A DNA stretch of 64,000 nt from Candidatus Moanibacter sp. (GCA_965215885.1 CBDCEW010000004.1:1-64000), one strand, 5' to 3'. Counted from the first letter of the stretch, positions 29,081 through 39,936 are shown. A program made the numbers and translations. The notes: generated by a model from the letters alone, not told the origin.

Positions 29081-30274
29081 CTAGGCGATGATCAGCGGAA
29101 CGCGTATTTCCTCTGGAGACAGTCCTCCGTGGCGCCCGATGTGTGTTTCGGCTACCGATTCGCCCGGCCGCATGTAGCCGAGAATCGCATCTTCCTTCGC
29201 GATTCCCACAAAGTTGCCGAAGCGAGCGCGCAAGTTTGAATCTATCTCACCAGGACCGAATAATCCCTCATTTTCCGCCTCCTCCAGTGGAAGTAACAAA
29301 AATGACTCTGAAAATCTCTCGAGGAATGTCCCGACAAACTCCTCTCTGCGATGCCGTGAAACGTGAAATTGTGGAAATCGACCTTCCGAAGTCGGCGGAT
29401 GATCCAGTATTTCTAAAATCGGGTCGCCGTCTGAAAGTAGGTATCGCTTTTCCATTGGCACTGCAATTTGGCCGTGGTCCGCCGTGATTACTAGCCTACA
29501 GTGGTCTTTCAATGTCTGTGCGAGGCGATTCAGTTCACTATCGATGTAGAGAGTAAGTTGGACGACCTCAGTGTGGGTGGGTCCCTTTTCGTGGCTGAGC
29601 GAATCTACTTGTGGGAGGTAGAGAAAAGTGTAACTCCTCGATCTCGGCCTGACCATAGCGGCTATTGTGCTGTCAATTGCTTCGGGTATTGATGAATACC
29701 CGAGAGCTTCAGTATCTCCTCTAAGATGCCGCGATGTCACACTTTGAAAGATCTCCTTTGGAAGGATCGACAACGGTGTATGCCGCATCTCAGACATAAG
29801 CACTCTTCCAGGGAATACCGATTTTACTGAGATTCCAAGGTCCTGCAATGGTGTCTCTGAATACCGCTCCAGAAAAGGCAGCACGGTCGCCGTGAGTCGA
29901 TACTCAGGAAGATAGGTGAACCAGCCGGCGATTCCACTCTCACATGGATAGAGTCCGGTAGCGAATGCTGTAATTGCACATGCTGTTGTCGATGGGGTAA
30001 TGGCGCGTATTTCCTTTACCATGTACGATTTCATGAAACTCGATTCAGGCAAGTGCTCGATGATATTCATTCCCAGACCATCGACAATTACAAATAGAAC
30101 GTGATCTGAATCGCCGATCAGCTTGCCGAGTAAGAGTGACCGCTCGGTTTCTTCGATCCCCTCGACGCCGGCTATCATAGCCAGGGTCCTTGCCAGATCG
30201 ACGCTGTTTGGTGTGTCGTTGATTGGATGTAGAAGCTTTCCCGATTCGAGAAGGCTCTTAAGTGCGGCATCCAT
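29081..30274 (-). CDS. Alkaline phosphatase superfamily / nucleotide pyrophosphatase-like protein
   Basis: VDGLG, PSTTA, VDSLSH, TADHG, HGGLSPEE. Confidence 0.88.
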   Translation of the reverse strand: MDAALKSLLESGKLLHPINDTPNSVDLARTLAMIAGVEGIEETERSLLLGKLIGDSDHVLFVIVDGLGMNIIEHLPESSFMKSYMVKEIRAITPSTTACAITAFATGLYPCESGIAGWFTYLPEYRLTATVLPFLERYSETPLQDLGISVKSVFPGRVLMSEMRHTPLSILPKEIFQSVTSRHLRGDTEALGYSSIPEAIDSTIAAMVRPRSRSYTFLYLPQVDSLSHEKGPTHTEVVQLTLYIDSELNRLAQTLKDHCRLVITADHGQIAVPMEKRYLLSDGDPILEILDHPPTSEGRFPQFHVSRHRREEFVGTFLERFSESFLLLPLEEAENEGLFGPGEIDSNLRARFGNFVGIAKEDAILGYMRPGESVAETHIGRHGGLSPEEIRVPLIIA

Positions 30275-30527
30275 TTGTAACCTTTAGCAATTCTCAGGAA
30301 TAGTTCCAACGCAGAACAATCTTCAGACTCAATCTATATGAAGACAGAGATCTACAAGTCGAAGCCATAAATGGTCGCTTTGGGGTTATGCGACGTTGCG
30401 CCAATACGGCGAAATTAGCGGTCTGATAAATAGGACTGTGACCAACGCTTCATATTCTTACCACATACTGGAACAGCCAATCCCCATCAACCCCCCTCCC
30501 GTTAGCCACACGTTTTCCTACCAAACT

Positions 30528-30571
30528 ACTGCAAATCTTTATGATCCGATCGGATCATAAAGATTTGCAGT
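30528..30571. repeat. Perfect 44-bp palindrome
   Basis: ACTGCAAATCTTTATGATCCGA|TCGGATCATAAAGATTTGCAGT. Confidence 0.95.
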
Positions 30572-30851
30572 TATATAGATAGTCTATGGGAGAGATTATT
30601 TTCGAATTGGGGGTAATGGGGTGGACAGGCTAGAGGCCGTAAGAGTTGACGATCTCAGATAGTCTTGGAAGTTGAAATTGACCAAGAAAGGAATCTGTCG
30701 GACTCAGAGTGGATACTATCGATGAGGTGCAGATTTCAGAGAGAGGAATCGACGTCCATAGAGAGACGAGACCGACAGAATCCTTTGAAAAAAAGTAAGT
30801 GCGAATCAATACGTATAGTCATACATTCTCTTTCCTCGACAGGAAAACCTG

Positions 30852-32303
30852 ATGATGAAGGAGACGAATGTTCTTTTCATATTATCCGACCAACACAATC
30901 GGGGTTGTATTGGTTGCTATGGGCATCCGTTGGTACAGACCCCTCATCTGGATAGTCTGGCGGAGAGGGGAACGCTCTTTAGGAACGCCTACACAAATTG
31001 CCCCATATGTGTTCCTGAGCGTGCTTCACTGGCGACGGGCCGGTATGTTCATGAGATTGGATTCTGGGATAACGGAATTCCTTACGATGGTACGGTAAAG
31101 AGCTGGGGACATCGTTTGAAGGAGAGCGGGTATCGGGTAGATTCGATAGGGAAGTTGCACTTTCGCAGCGCGGAGGATGACAACGGATTCACGGAAGAGC
31201 ACGACCCGCTTCATGTCGTAGATGGAATTGGCGACCTGTTAGGCTGTATTCGAGAGAACCCCCCATTTCGTGAAAAGCGGGAGGGAATTCTCGAAGCGGG
31301 TCCAGGTGATTCAACGTATCTTGAGTATGACAGCAGAAACGCTGCGACGGCTCGGCGATGGCTGCGAGAACATGCTAATGATGAGAAACCGTGGGCACTG
31401 TTTCTCTCTTTTGCCTGTCCACATCCACCCTACATTGCTCCGGAGCGATGGTTTCGGAAGTATCCATTGGATTGCGTTCCGATGCCGACGCAATGGGAGG
31501 TTGAAGAATGGCCGCATCATCCCGCAATTGATTACTTTCGAGCATTCTTTGATTTTGCAAAGCCCTTTTCAGAGGAGGAAATCCGAAGATTGGTAGCAAC
31601 ATACCTTGGAGCCTGTTCCTACCTCGATGAGCAGATCGGGAGTGTAATCGAAGTTTTATCGCAACTTGGGCTCGATGAGAGGACTCGGATAATCTACTCA
31701 TCCGACCATGGTGAATGTCTAGGAGCACGGGGAATTTTCGGGAAATTCGTCATGTATGAGGAGTCGGCGGCAGTTCCCCTGATCATTGCGGGGCCAGGAG
31801 TTCCGCAAGACAGGAAAGTGGCCACACCAGTTTCGCTTGTCGATTGCTACCCGACCGTACTTGATGCGATGGGATTAGAACTAACGGATGCGGAGAGTGG
31901 ATTTCCAGGGCGCTCTCTTTGGCAAACGGCAGTGGAACCGGATCGCGATCGAGTGGTGTTCAGCGAGTATCATGCCGTCGGATCGCGGCATGCGAGTTAC
32001 ATGCTGCGAAACAGACGCCACAAGTACGTGCATTATGTCAATGATCGACCACAGCTTTTCGATCTTGAGACCGATCCTCAAGAGCTCGTGGACGAATGGA
32101 GAAATCCTCAGTGTCGAGAGGTGGTTGAACAATTCGAGAAGCGACTGCGCCAGATACTTGACCCGGAGGAGACCGACCGTCGGGCCAAGGCCGACCAACG
32201 AGGGAAGGTAGAGGTCTTTGGAGGAGAAGCGGCTGTGCGGAGTAGGGGGGCCTTTGACAATTCGCCCACTCCCGGAGAAGCGCCGAAGTTCAAGCTGGAG
32301 TGA
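30852..32303 (+). CDS. Sulfatase (choline-sulfatase-like)
   Basis: SDQH, CVPERASLATGRY, GKLH, PHPP, SDHGE. Confidence 0.93.
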   Translation: MMKETNVLFILSDQHNRGCIGCYGHPLVQTPHLDSLAERGTLFRNAYTNCPICVPERASLATGRYVHEIGFWDNGIPYDGTVKSWGHRLKESGYRVDSIGKLHFRSAEDDNGFTEEHDPLHVVDGIGDLLGCIRENPPFREKREGILEAGPGDSTYLEYDSRNAATARRWLREHANDEKPWALFLSFACPHPPYIAPERWFRKYPLDCVPMPTQWEVEEWPHHPAIDYFRAFFDFAKPFSEEEIRRLVATYLGACSYLDEQIGSVIEVLSQLGLDERTRIIYSSDHGECLGARGIFGKFVMYEESAAVPLIIAGPGVPQDRKVATPVSLVDCYPTVLDAMGLELTDAESGFPGRSLWQTAVEPDRDRVVFSEYHAVGSRHASYMLRNRRHKYVHYVNDRPQLFDLETDPQELVDEWRNPQCREVVEQFEKRLRQILDPEETDRRAKADQRGKVEVFGGEAAVRSRGAFDNSPTPGEAPKFKLE

Positions 32304-32656
32304 GGTTTAATCTCTCTTACCTCCGATTGAGACCCGGTACGTGTTTAACGTCATGCTTTCGATTGCCGGCTGCCCCGGTCTTGTGCCGGGGTGGCGCGCG
32401 TTCCCTGCTATAAGCCGTGTCTCTACCAACCCCTCCGCCGGTCCTTTTTCGCCTCAGTCCCGGCATGCCGGGACTGAGGCGAAAAAGGACCGGCGGAGGG
32501 GTGCGCGGTGGCAATCGCGTATTGTAGCTGTATACCGTGCGCCTCCCCGGCACAAGACCCATCGTTCTGAATTTCGGTTGGCACGCAAATTGCGTGGAGT
32601 TCTCTGGTTAGAGCATGAAGAAAATGGGGAGCAGAGGGAGGGCACTGGAGTCGTTG

Positions 32657-34474
32657 TCAGGAGGCAATCCGATGGGGTTGCGGGTTTAAGGATTGATCCT
32701 GGCGATTACAGACTTCGAAGAGTTCCTCAAGGAAGTTTTCTTTTCGCAGGAGCTTTTTGGGCAATCGACCCACGGCGAGGGTTTTTCTGTTCGCCCGCCA
32801 GTGACTGAAGGGGGGTGCTTTCTGTGCAGCCTGGGCAAGCTTTTGGGGCAGATTATCGATACTGCCTAAAACCAGCTCCACATAGCGGGGATTGTGTAAG
32901 TTGGCCAGGAGCATGTATTCTTCGGGGAGCGCTTCAAAGTCGCGCGTCAGATTTTTGCGCCCGTGGGTTTGACGGCGTTTGCGCTTGGAGGTGCGCCAGG
33001 TGCCTTCCAGCTCATTGGTCGTGCGTACGCTGTCTGGATGGGCCGGTGGGGGAAGCAGCCGCTGCCAGTATTTGTCCAGATGAGTGACCACGGTGCGGTA
33101 GAGTTTGGCTTTCGAGGGGTTGGTCAGGGAGGCGCCTTTTTGGCGATATTGGGCACGCAGCAACTGGAGAGCCTCGGTGAGCTCAGCGGCTTGTCCTGCT
33201 TGCAACAGATAAGGGTCGCTTAAAGGGCAGGGGCCGCTGGCGCTGAGCCAAAGGGCATCGCGCAAAGCGCTGAAAATGCAAAAAGCGTTTTCATAGATAG
33301 TAGCGGCTTCGATGACGAGGGCATCAGCCAGATACTGCTTCAACCCGGTCGAAAGATGAAAGAAGCTTCGCAGAACAGAGCAACTGGCAGGAGCGCGGGC
33401 AAGCCACTGCTCCAGGGCGGCATGGGCGCGCACGACCCGCCGATGCCAATAAAGCAGGTAAGGATCGAAGGGAAAGCCCTGGCGGTGACCGTCGCAGGGA
33501 TAATCCAAAATCCACAATTGCAGGGCCATGAGCAGTTCCCGTGCAAGGGTGGGATCGAAGGGCACTGCGAGCGCTTTGGCGGTGAGCAAATCGGCCAGGA
33601 CGAGGGCGTGTTTTTCACGGAGGGCGTCACGGAGCTTTGCGGTGATGTGTTTGCGTTGCTCGCGCATGCGCTCCATGAGCTTCAATTGCCGCAAGCGCCC
33701 GTTGAGCATCTGCTGGGGTTTTCGATAAAGCTGTTCGCCCACATTGCGGGCGAAATGATAATGGCAGACGCCATGGGGGGCCTGGAAGGTTTCGCTCTCG
33801 CAGGCCTTGCTGATCTGAGCGCTTAAATCATGATAGACATGGTGGGGTTGGCCAAAAGCCCGGGCCGCCCGGGCAAAACAGCCACTGATCGTTTCGCTCT
33901 GTTCGGAAGGCATTTTCCAGCTGCCCAAAAGGATCCCTTCGTCGGCTTCCTGAACAGCGAAGAAAACCGGCGTCTGCGGTTCCACGGTCCCATCCACCAG
34001 CCAGCGCAGGCAAGGGCGAGCGCTCAGGTAATCTTTAAGCACCGGAGCGGCCGCGGCGTGCAGCCGACCCAGATAAAAAAGAAACTTCTGCTGCATCTCA
34101 TAGAGGCTGCTTTGAGCAATCTGCAGCTGCCCCGGGCCCTCGCGCAGTTCCCTGTGCACCTCTTTGAGGGTGGCGCTTTCGCACAAACATCGCTTGCCCA
34201 CATAGGCAATCAGATCGTAAGCGTAGCGACTATGCGAGGGCACGATCTGTTCCAGGCGAGCAGAACGGTAGCTGTTGCGGTGGCTCCCTTGCCCCTGCTC
34301 GCGCACAACTTCCACCGCCTGGAAGCATCCATAGGAGAAACTGACCACCTTGCGGCGCAGGGTCTTGCGCACCTCTGAAGGACCCTCTTCGTCCTCCCGG
34401 GCATCGAAGCGATAACTCGTTTGCGCAGGCACAGCCCCCACCGTTTGCAGGGCCCGTTCAGCCTCTGCCCGCAA
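32657..34474 (-). CDS. MULE-type DDE transposase (orfB)
   Basis: LVDGT, YHDLS, CHYH (CxxH), RTTNELE. Confidence 0.85.
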   Translation of the reverse strand: MRAEAERALQTVGAVPAQTSYRFDAREDEEGPSEVRKTLRRKVVSFSYGCFQAVEVVREQGQGSHRNSYRSARLEQIVPSHSRYAYDLIAYVGKRCLCESATLKEVHRELREGPGQLQIAQSSLYEMQQKFLFYLGRLHAAAAPVLKDYLSARPCLRWLVDGTVEPQTPVFFAVQEADEGILLGSWKMPSEQSETISGCFARAARAFGQPHHVYHDLSAQISKACESETFQAPHGVCHYHFARNVGEQLYRKPQQMLNGRLRQLKLMERMREQRKHITAKLRDALREKHALVLADLLTAKALAVPFDPTLARELLMALQLWILDYPCDGHRQGFPFDPYLLYWHRRVVRAHAALEQWLARAPASCSVLRSFFHLSTGLKQYLADALVIEAATIYENAFCIFSALRDALWLSASGPCPLSDPYLLQAGQAAELTEALQLLRAQYRQKGASLTNPSKAKLYRTVVTHLDKYWQRLLPPPAHPDSVRTTNELEGTWRTSKRKRRQTHGRKNLTRDFEALPEEYMLLANLHNPRYVELVLGSIDNLPQKLAQAAQKAPPFSHWRANRKTLAVGRLPKKLLRKENFLEELFEVCNRQDQSLNPQPHRIAS

Positions 34475-34491
34475 ATCATGTAACAGCTCCG

Positions 34492-35193
34492 CTACCGCGA
34501 TCGGTCCGGGTTTTTTTTGAGCGAGTAAAACGCCATCACCCGCTCAATTTGCTCCCCGCTCAGCTCTACTCCCTGCTCTTGCATAAGCTCGACAAGCTCC
34601 TTGACCCCGGCCTCGGGATGGCCGATACAGGCGACCAGCAAAGCGATCACGACCATCGTTTCGAGCCCTTCGGGAGCTGCCTGCAAAGCGCCCCCGGGGT
34701 CCCCTGCCTGAACTTGTGCCGCTGTTCTTCGCCCTTGCCGCCGCTTTTTCTGTTCGGCCCCGCCCTGTTCCCCGGCCGAGACATACACGCAGTGACGCCC
34801 TTCATAGTATCGACTCAACCGCTTCTTTCTACAAAGCACGCTTATGGGGTTGTGCACCCGTACCCCAAGGAGGGTCTCCAACTCAGCCACCGTGTAGCCG
34901 CAAAGCGAAGCTCCCACCACCGCCTCCACGGTCTCCTCCAAGGTGCCGTGGCGCGAAAAGCGCCCCTTGCGAAAACGCCACAAACCGGCCCCGTCAAAGC
35001 GCGGAATGTCTTTCAAGCTCAGGTAGCCACAATTGGCATTGTAACTGGAGTAATGGCCATATTTTTGCAAAGCCCGATAGACCGTTCGCCGCGACACCCT
35101 CTGCTCCTTCATCAGCCTCCACACCGTGCTTACCCGATCCCGCCGTACCGCTTCGACCACCTCCCTCTCTTTACGCGAAAGCTCTTCTTGCAT
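34492..35193 (-). CDS. HTH-containing IS accessory protein (orfA)
   Basis: VSRRTVYRAL HTH; ends LKKNPDRSR over an A8 tract. Confidence 0.75.
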   Translation of the reverse strand: MQEELSRKEREVVEAVRRDRVSTVWRLMKEQRVSRRTVYRALQKYGHYSSYNANCGYLSLKDIPRFDGAGLWRFRKGRFSRHGTLEETVEAVVGASLCGYTVAELETLLGVRVHNPISVLCRKKRLSRYYEGRHCVYVSAGEQGGAEQKKRRQGRRTAAQVQAGDPGGALQAAPEGLETMVVIALLVACIGHPEAGVKELVELMQEQGVELSGEQIERVMAFYSLKKNPDRSR

Positions 35194-35762
35194 GCACCGG
35201 CACAGTATGGAAAGGAGGCAAAACTGCAAACTTTATTTTACATACAATGCCAATACCAACTTTCTCCAGCTCCCTTCGCTTCTACTCAATTGCCACCAGA
35301 AATCAACTCCCCGTTCAAAGCGCTTTTGTAACTGATTAATACTCAACAAGTTTCTAACTGAAAACAAACCTGCAGGAAAAGCTCTCTACCTCTAACGAAC
35401 CCACACACAACAATCGTTGAAACTCCATTCTGGCATACTATGTAATCAATAGAATCTTGCAAGTGCCTGAATAACATTTACTTTGGGTTCTCCAACCCAA
35501 TTTCGTAATTATGGGCACAAGACCGGGGCAGCCTCAGAAACGCTAAACAGGTGCGAAACCCGAGGCTCCCTGACAGCACTGCTTCTCAGTGTCTCTTCGT
35601 GCGTGTTTGTCGAAGACTACAACAGACTGACAACAAGGTACTTGCGGAAGTAAACTTGACGTTTTCGGGTCGAACGGGAGAGCTACAATTCTAAAGACCG
35701 ATGAAACGTTATCAGCAACCTTTTCAGCCGGAGAAGAACATGGGGAATCCGAGTAGGTTTCA

Positions 35763-37778
35763 TCAGAAATGATCTTCTTCCAGGTTCAGGAATCTCAACT
35801 CCTTGTGAGTCAGTTCTAAAGGAAGAGCGCCTAGTGAGGAGCGAGTTTCGCTCAATTGGCGAGGACCGATCAATGGAAAAGTGGGAAACGGCTGGCAGAG
35901 GACGTAGGCGAGGGCGATATTGATGGGCTCGACACATTTTTCTTTAGCGAGTCCCATGGCGCGGCGGCGACGTTCGAAATTATCGTCGGAGTACCAGCAG
36001 CGAACGAGTTGGCTGTCATCTCGTTTGTCGACCCCGGCTCGATCGGTAAAGAATCCCCGGGCCTGGCTCGACCACGGAAACAATGGCATCTGTTGTTCCT
36101 TCAGCCAGGCTCGGCTTTCTGGGTCGGAAACTGACAGGCAATCCTGCCATACGGGGTCGATCATGCGCGCCAGGCTCAGGTTATTGCTGAAAACAGTAAA
36201 TTCCTGGAGACTGTTTGCTCGAGCGTAAGCATTGGCTTCGTCGACACGTTGAATGGACCAGTTGGAACCGCCGAAGGTTCGAATTCGGCCGGCGCGAAAG
36301 TGCTCGTTGAGGACGTCGACCCATTCGGAAACGGGAACGAGGGGATTATCGCGGTGAAGAAAGTAGATATCGATGGTGTCGGTCTTCAGGCGATCGAGAC
36401 TTTCCATCAGTTGCGGAGTAACGTGTTCAGGATGGTTAAGGGGTGAGTGAGCGCCTTTTGTGATGATAACCAATTCACTGTGCAAACCCCGGTTATGGAT
36501 CCATTGCCCGAGGAGTTTTTCGCGTTTACCTCCCCCGTAGGCCCACGCCACATCGAAGCAGTTTCCGCCCCTCTCGAAAAAGTCGTCGAACATGACAGTG
36601 GCGTGGGGAAGAGTATCCTGATTATCCACCCCCATAACGAGGCGGGAGATCGGCTTTTCAATCCCGTCGATGGAACCGTAAGCCATATTCGCGGCAGGCC
36701 GGCGCTCCAGGGATCTTCCGTGAACCGGTGGCAGTGGATAACCGACCTTTTCCCAATCGTAGGTCATCCCAATAGCATCCCGCCAATGGTCCAGTGTCTG
36801 CATATTGCCGAGAGAGTCCTCTCCAGTCATGGTGGGTGCTTCGCGATTTTCCAAATTTGCCGCGACGCAATCAACTTCGATGGCGAATAAATCTTCCGAA
36901 CTACCGGTAACCAGGCGTTCGCCAGGTTCCCCAGCGACGTGTAATTCAAACGACCAATTGCCTCCTCCACTGGCGGGTTGCCAGGGAGCAGGAACATGAA
37001 TCCAGCCCTCTGTGCCGAAGACGCGGAGGGCGTTGTCTCTGAGTAAGCGAACTCCAGTGGCAACGTGCGCCAGAATGTTTTCAGGGAACGTCAGCAAGCC
37101 CTCGGCAAACTCATCGACGCGGGATTCACTACCAATGAAACCGGCCCCTTCCACTTTGAGCGGATTGACGAAGCCATGGCCCAAAGCAGCTCCCGCGATG
37201 AGCCGCACCATCGAAACTGTGTAGCAGCCTACGTCCAGGATTCCACCACCGCCAAGTTCATGATTGAGGAGGCGGCTCTCAAGATTAGCCTTTGTATCGA
37301 AGCTGAAGCTCGCATCAATCGTTCGAACTTCGCCGATGGTTCCTTCACGGATGATCTCGAGAATCTTCGCGGTTTGAGGATGACAGCGATAATGAAACGC
37401 CTCCATAAGAAAAACCCCGTGCTCGCGCGCCGCCTCTACGACGGCCATGGCTTCGGCATGATTCACAGTGAGAGGTTTCTCACAAAGAATGTGTTTGCCA
37501 CACTCTGCCGCACGGATGGCCCATTGAGCGTGAAAAGGGTGCGGCGGGGCAATGTAGACGGCCTCAAATTCCGGTGAGGCTAGAAGATCGTAGTAGGAGC
37601 CGTAGCGATTCTCGATGCCAAACTCGTCACCGAAGGACTCAGCCTTCTCCATCGTGCGGCTTCCAACTGCGGTGGATTCTCCGGATTGCGAAGCTTCTAC
37701 TCCCTTGGCAAACTTGCGGGCAATGTTGCCCGTGGAAAGTATGCCCCATTTAAGTTTCGTGTGGTCTTTGGATTTCAA
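35763..37778 (-). CDS. Gfo/Idh/MocA oxidoreductase fused to aldo/keto reductase
   Basis: WGILSTGNIA, CEKP, GGGILDVGCY; C-half ITKG, FLHRD, FGGSNW, PLIGP. Confidence 0.9.
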   Translation of the reverse strand: MKSKDHTKLKWGILSTGNIARKFAKGVEASQSGESTAVGSRTMEKAESFGDEFGIENRYGSYYDLLASPEFEAVYIAPPHPFHAQWAIRAAECGKHILCEKPLTVNHAEAMAVVEAAREHGVFLMEAFHYRCHPQTAKILEIIREGTIGEVRTIDASFSFDTKANLESRLLNHELGGGGILDVGCYTVSMVRLIAGAALGHGFVNPLKVEGAGFIGSESRVDEFAEGLLTFPENILAHVATGVRLLRDNALRVFGTEGWIHVPAPWQPASGGGNWSFELHVAGEPGERLVTGSSEDLFAIEVDCVAANLENREAPTMTGEDSLGNMQTLDHWRDAIGMTYDWEKVGYPLPPVHGRSLERRPAANMAYGSIDGIEKPISRLVMGVDNQDTLPHATVMFDDFFERGGNCFDVAWAYGGGKREKLLGQWIHNRGLHSELVIITKGAHSPLNHPEHVTPQLMESLDRLKTDTIDIYFLHRDNPLVPVSEWVDVLNEHFRAGRIRTFGGSNWSIQRVDEANAYARANSLQEFTVFSNNLSLARMIDPVWQDCLSVSDPESRAWLKEQQMPLFPWSSQARGFFTDRAGVDKRDDSQLVRCWYSDDNFERRRRAMGLAKEKCVEPINIALAYVLCQPFPTFPLIGPRQLSETRSSLGALPLELTHKELRFLNLEEDHF

Positions 37779-37874
37779 AGGCTTTCAGAGTTGTCTATCG
37801 ACAGGCTGTTAGAGATAATGTCTGTCGATTGACCATTTTCTTAGATAACATAGAAGGCTGGCGAAAACAGAATG

Positions 37875-38975
37875 CTACGCCCAGTCCATTGGTAAAGGTG
37901 GATCAAATTCGGAGGAAAGATTTACCGGTTTTCCGCTTTGCATCGCTTTGTGGATGCCTTCAACGATCTCGACAACATGGGCAGCATGTCTACCGGATGC
38001 GCGGTGGGGGCGATTATTGAGGATCGCATCCGCCAGGTCCTCGATACCCCTTCCAAACTCGATACCATCGTAGGGTTCCCGGAGGTAAGGTACGGTCTCG
38101 TATTCCTCTCCGTAAAGAGCGAATTCAACCGGTGCAGAGAATCCTTGAAAATTCCCCAGATGAAGTCGACCCCGATCACCGTGAAACTCCAGCGATCCTC
38201 CCTGTTTTGAGCCCTTGGCATAAAAATTCGCAGTCAGACGAACTACCGGACCAAGTTGGAAATCGATAAGCGCAACGACAAAATCCGGCTTTCTGATGGT
38301 GAATTTCTGTCCTTCCGTGGTAGTTCGGTGCGGATGTATGATGGTTCCGAAGGCTTGAATCCGGGTAGCCGGGCCAAAAATCGCGGTGAGAATCGTAAGG
38401 GGATAGACGCTGACGTCCCAGAGTACGCCCACCTCGAAAAACGGTTGAGGGTTAGGATGCCACGTCTCAATGCGACCATGGTTTACCTCAGCGTAGGCTA
38501 GACGAATTTTCCCAAGCTTCCCTTTACGAATCACTTTCCATGCTGTCTGTTGGGCTTCTCCCATGTAGGTTATGGGGGCGCTGCTGAGCCTCAATTCGAG
38601 GTGTTCCGCAAGTTCCACCAGTGACTTGGCCTCGGCATAGCTCATCGCGAGAGGCTTTTCGGTATGAACGTGTTTACCGGCTTTGAGAGATGCAGTAATG
38701 ACCTCGGGATGGGCGTGATGTATTGTCAGATTGACGACGACGTCGACGTCTGGGTCAGCGAGGAGTTCATTCAGGGAAGAATAGAGTCGGCCACCATACT
38801 CTTTTGCAAATTCCTCCGCGCGCTGCTGGACGATATCGGCAAATCCGAGGAGACGGATGTTCTCGTAAGATTGAATCTGCTCGGCGTATCTCGTCGCGAT
38901 GTTTCCGCAGCCGATGATCGCGACGTTTACCTTATCGCTGTCGATCAACACAATGCATGCACTGCCTCGACGCAC
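37875..38975 (-). CDS. Gfo/Idh/MocA oxidoreductase (true start probably ~38948)
   Basis: IIGCGNIA, HVHTEKP. Confidence 0.9.
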   Translation of the reverse strand: MRRGSACIVLIDSDKVNVAIIGCGNIATRYAEQIQSYENIRLLGFADIVQQRAEEFAKEYGGRLYSSLNELLADPDVDVVVNLTIHHAHPEVITASLKAGKHVHTEKPLAMSYAEAKSLVELAEHLELRLSSAPITYMGEAQQTAWKVIRKGKLGKIRLAYAEVNHGRIETWHPNPQPFFEVGVLWDVSVYPLTILTAIFGPATRIQAFGTIIHPHRTTTEGQKFTIRKPDFVVALIDFQLGPVVRLTANFYAKGSKQGGSLEFHGDRGRLHLGNFQGFSAPVEFALYGEEYETVPYLREPYDGIEFGRGIEDLADAILNNRPHRASGRHAAHVVEIVEGIHKAMQSGKPVNLSSEFDPPLPMDWA

Positions 38976-39688
38976 TCTTTCAGAGCCGGAACGGGATTGC
39001 TAACGTCTCCTTCGTATTCAAGAACAGTCATCTGGACGTTTTCATTGACGCTGATGAGTTCCACGAGCTTTGGGAGATTCAAACTTCCCTGGCCGACGAC
39101 TACATCCTCGGGGTTACGAGCCCGATCGAAGACGAAGTCCTTGATGTGGACACCGTAGAGCCGGTCGCTGTATCGCTCGGCCATTTTGATCGGGTCTTCT
39201 CTCGAGTCGAGGGCCCAGGCCGTGTCTAGACAGAGGCCGATACGGTTTCCCGTATTTGCGAATACATGGTTGAGAATCTCGGTAGAACCGAGCCAGTGCC
39301 GTCCCCCGTGATTATGGATACCGAGATAGACGTCGTACTCTTCTGCAAGGCGCTCGGCCGTTTTCCAGGACGCGGGTGAAGTGTTCGGCTTGAAATTCAC
39401 GCTCATGTGTCGTGCGCCCGCCAATTTGAGAAACTCGAAGCGTTTCCTCTCTTCGGTTTCATTGTCCTTTAGCGTCTCGACACCAATGCTGACGATGCGA
39501 ATCCCGTTCTGCTTGTAGACATTAATGACGTCGGCGAATGTCGACTCGTCGGAAAAATCCGCATGCACACCACAAGGTTCGACGGTGGTGACTCCGCATT
39601 CCTTGAGATGCGCTATGACTTCCTCGTTTGCACTGAATCCGCGGAAACAGAAACTCTGGATACCGAGGTCGTTTTCGACGTTAATCAT
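38945..39688 (-). CDS. Sugar phosphate isomerase/epimerase (AP endonuclease 2 TIM barrel)
   Basis: IHNHG, LDTAW, VHIKD, LEYE. Confidence 0.9.
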   Translation of the reverse strand: MINVENDLGIQSFCFRGFSANEEVIAHLKECGVTTVEPCGVHADFSDESTFADVINVYKQNGIRIVSIGVETLKDNETEERKRFEFLKLAGARHMSVNFKPNTSPASWKTAERLAEEYDVYLGIHNHGGRHWLGSTEILNHVFANTGNRIGLCLDTAWALDSREDPIKMAERYSDRLYGVHIKDFVFDRARNPEDVVVGQGSLNLPKLVELISVNENVQMTVLEYEGDVSNPVPALKECVEAVHALC

Positions 39689-39936
39689 CGATTAGTTGAG
39701 ATTACTGAAATCTAGAACGGTGGTTTCGTTTAATCGAGGAACCGATAGACGTAGAACAATCATACACATAGTTTTTCTACATGACGAAACCCAGCAGGAT
39801 TTGTAAAGAATGTTATTCTAGAATCGCAATTGCCGGGAGTATTGTCCATGAATAACGAAATTTCTCTTGAACACAGGCCCGTCCGCCGCAGTTGCGAATC
39901 GGGCGCATGAATGAGAGAATTTACTAGATCGAAGTA

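Larger units (their letters stand above)
32559..35514 (-). mobile_element. Prokaryotic Mutator-like (IS256-related) two-ORF insertion sequence
   Basis: IRs CCATCGTTCTGAATTTCGGTTGG / rc CCATAATTACGAAATTGGGTTGG; 9-bp TSD GCACAAGAC at 32550-32558 and 35515-35523. Confidence 0.88.
32337..35553. repeat. REP/MITE-like element (copy 1) split by the Mutator-like IS
   Basis: Left GTACGTGTTTAACGT..GGCTGCCCCGGTCTTGTGCCGGGG; right CCCCGGCACAAGAC|CGGGGCAGCCTCAGAAACGCTAAACAGGTG; holds a 74-bp perfect palindrome at 32429-32502. Confidence 0.8.
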
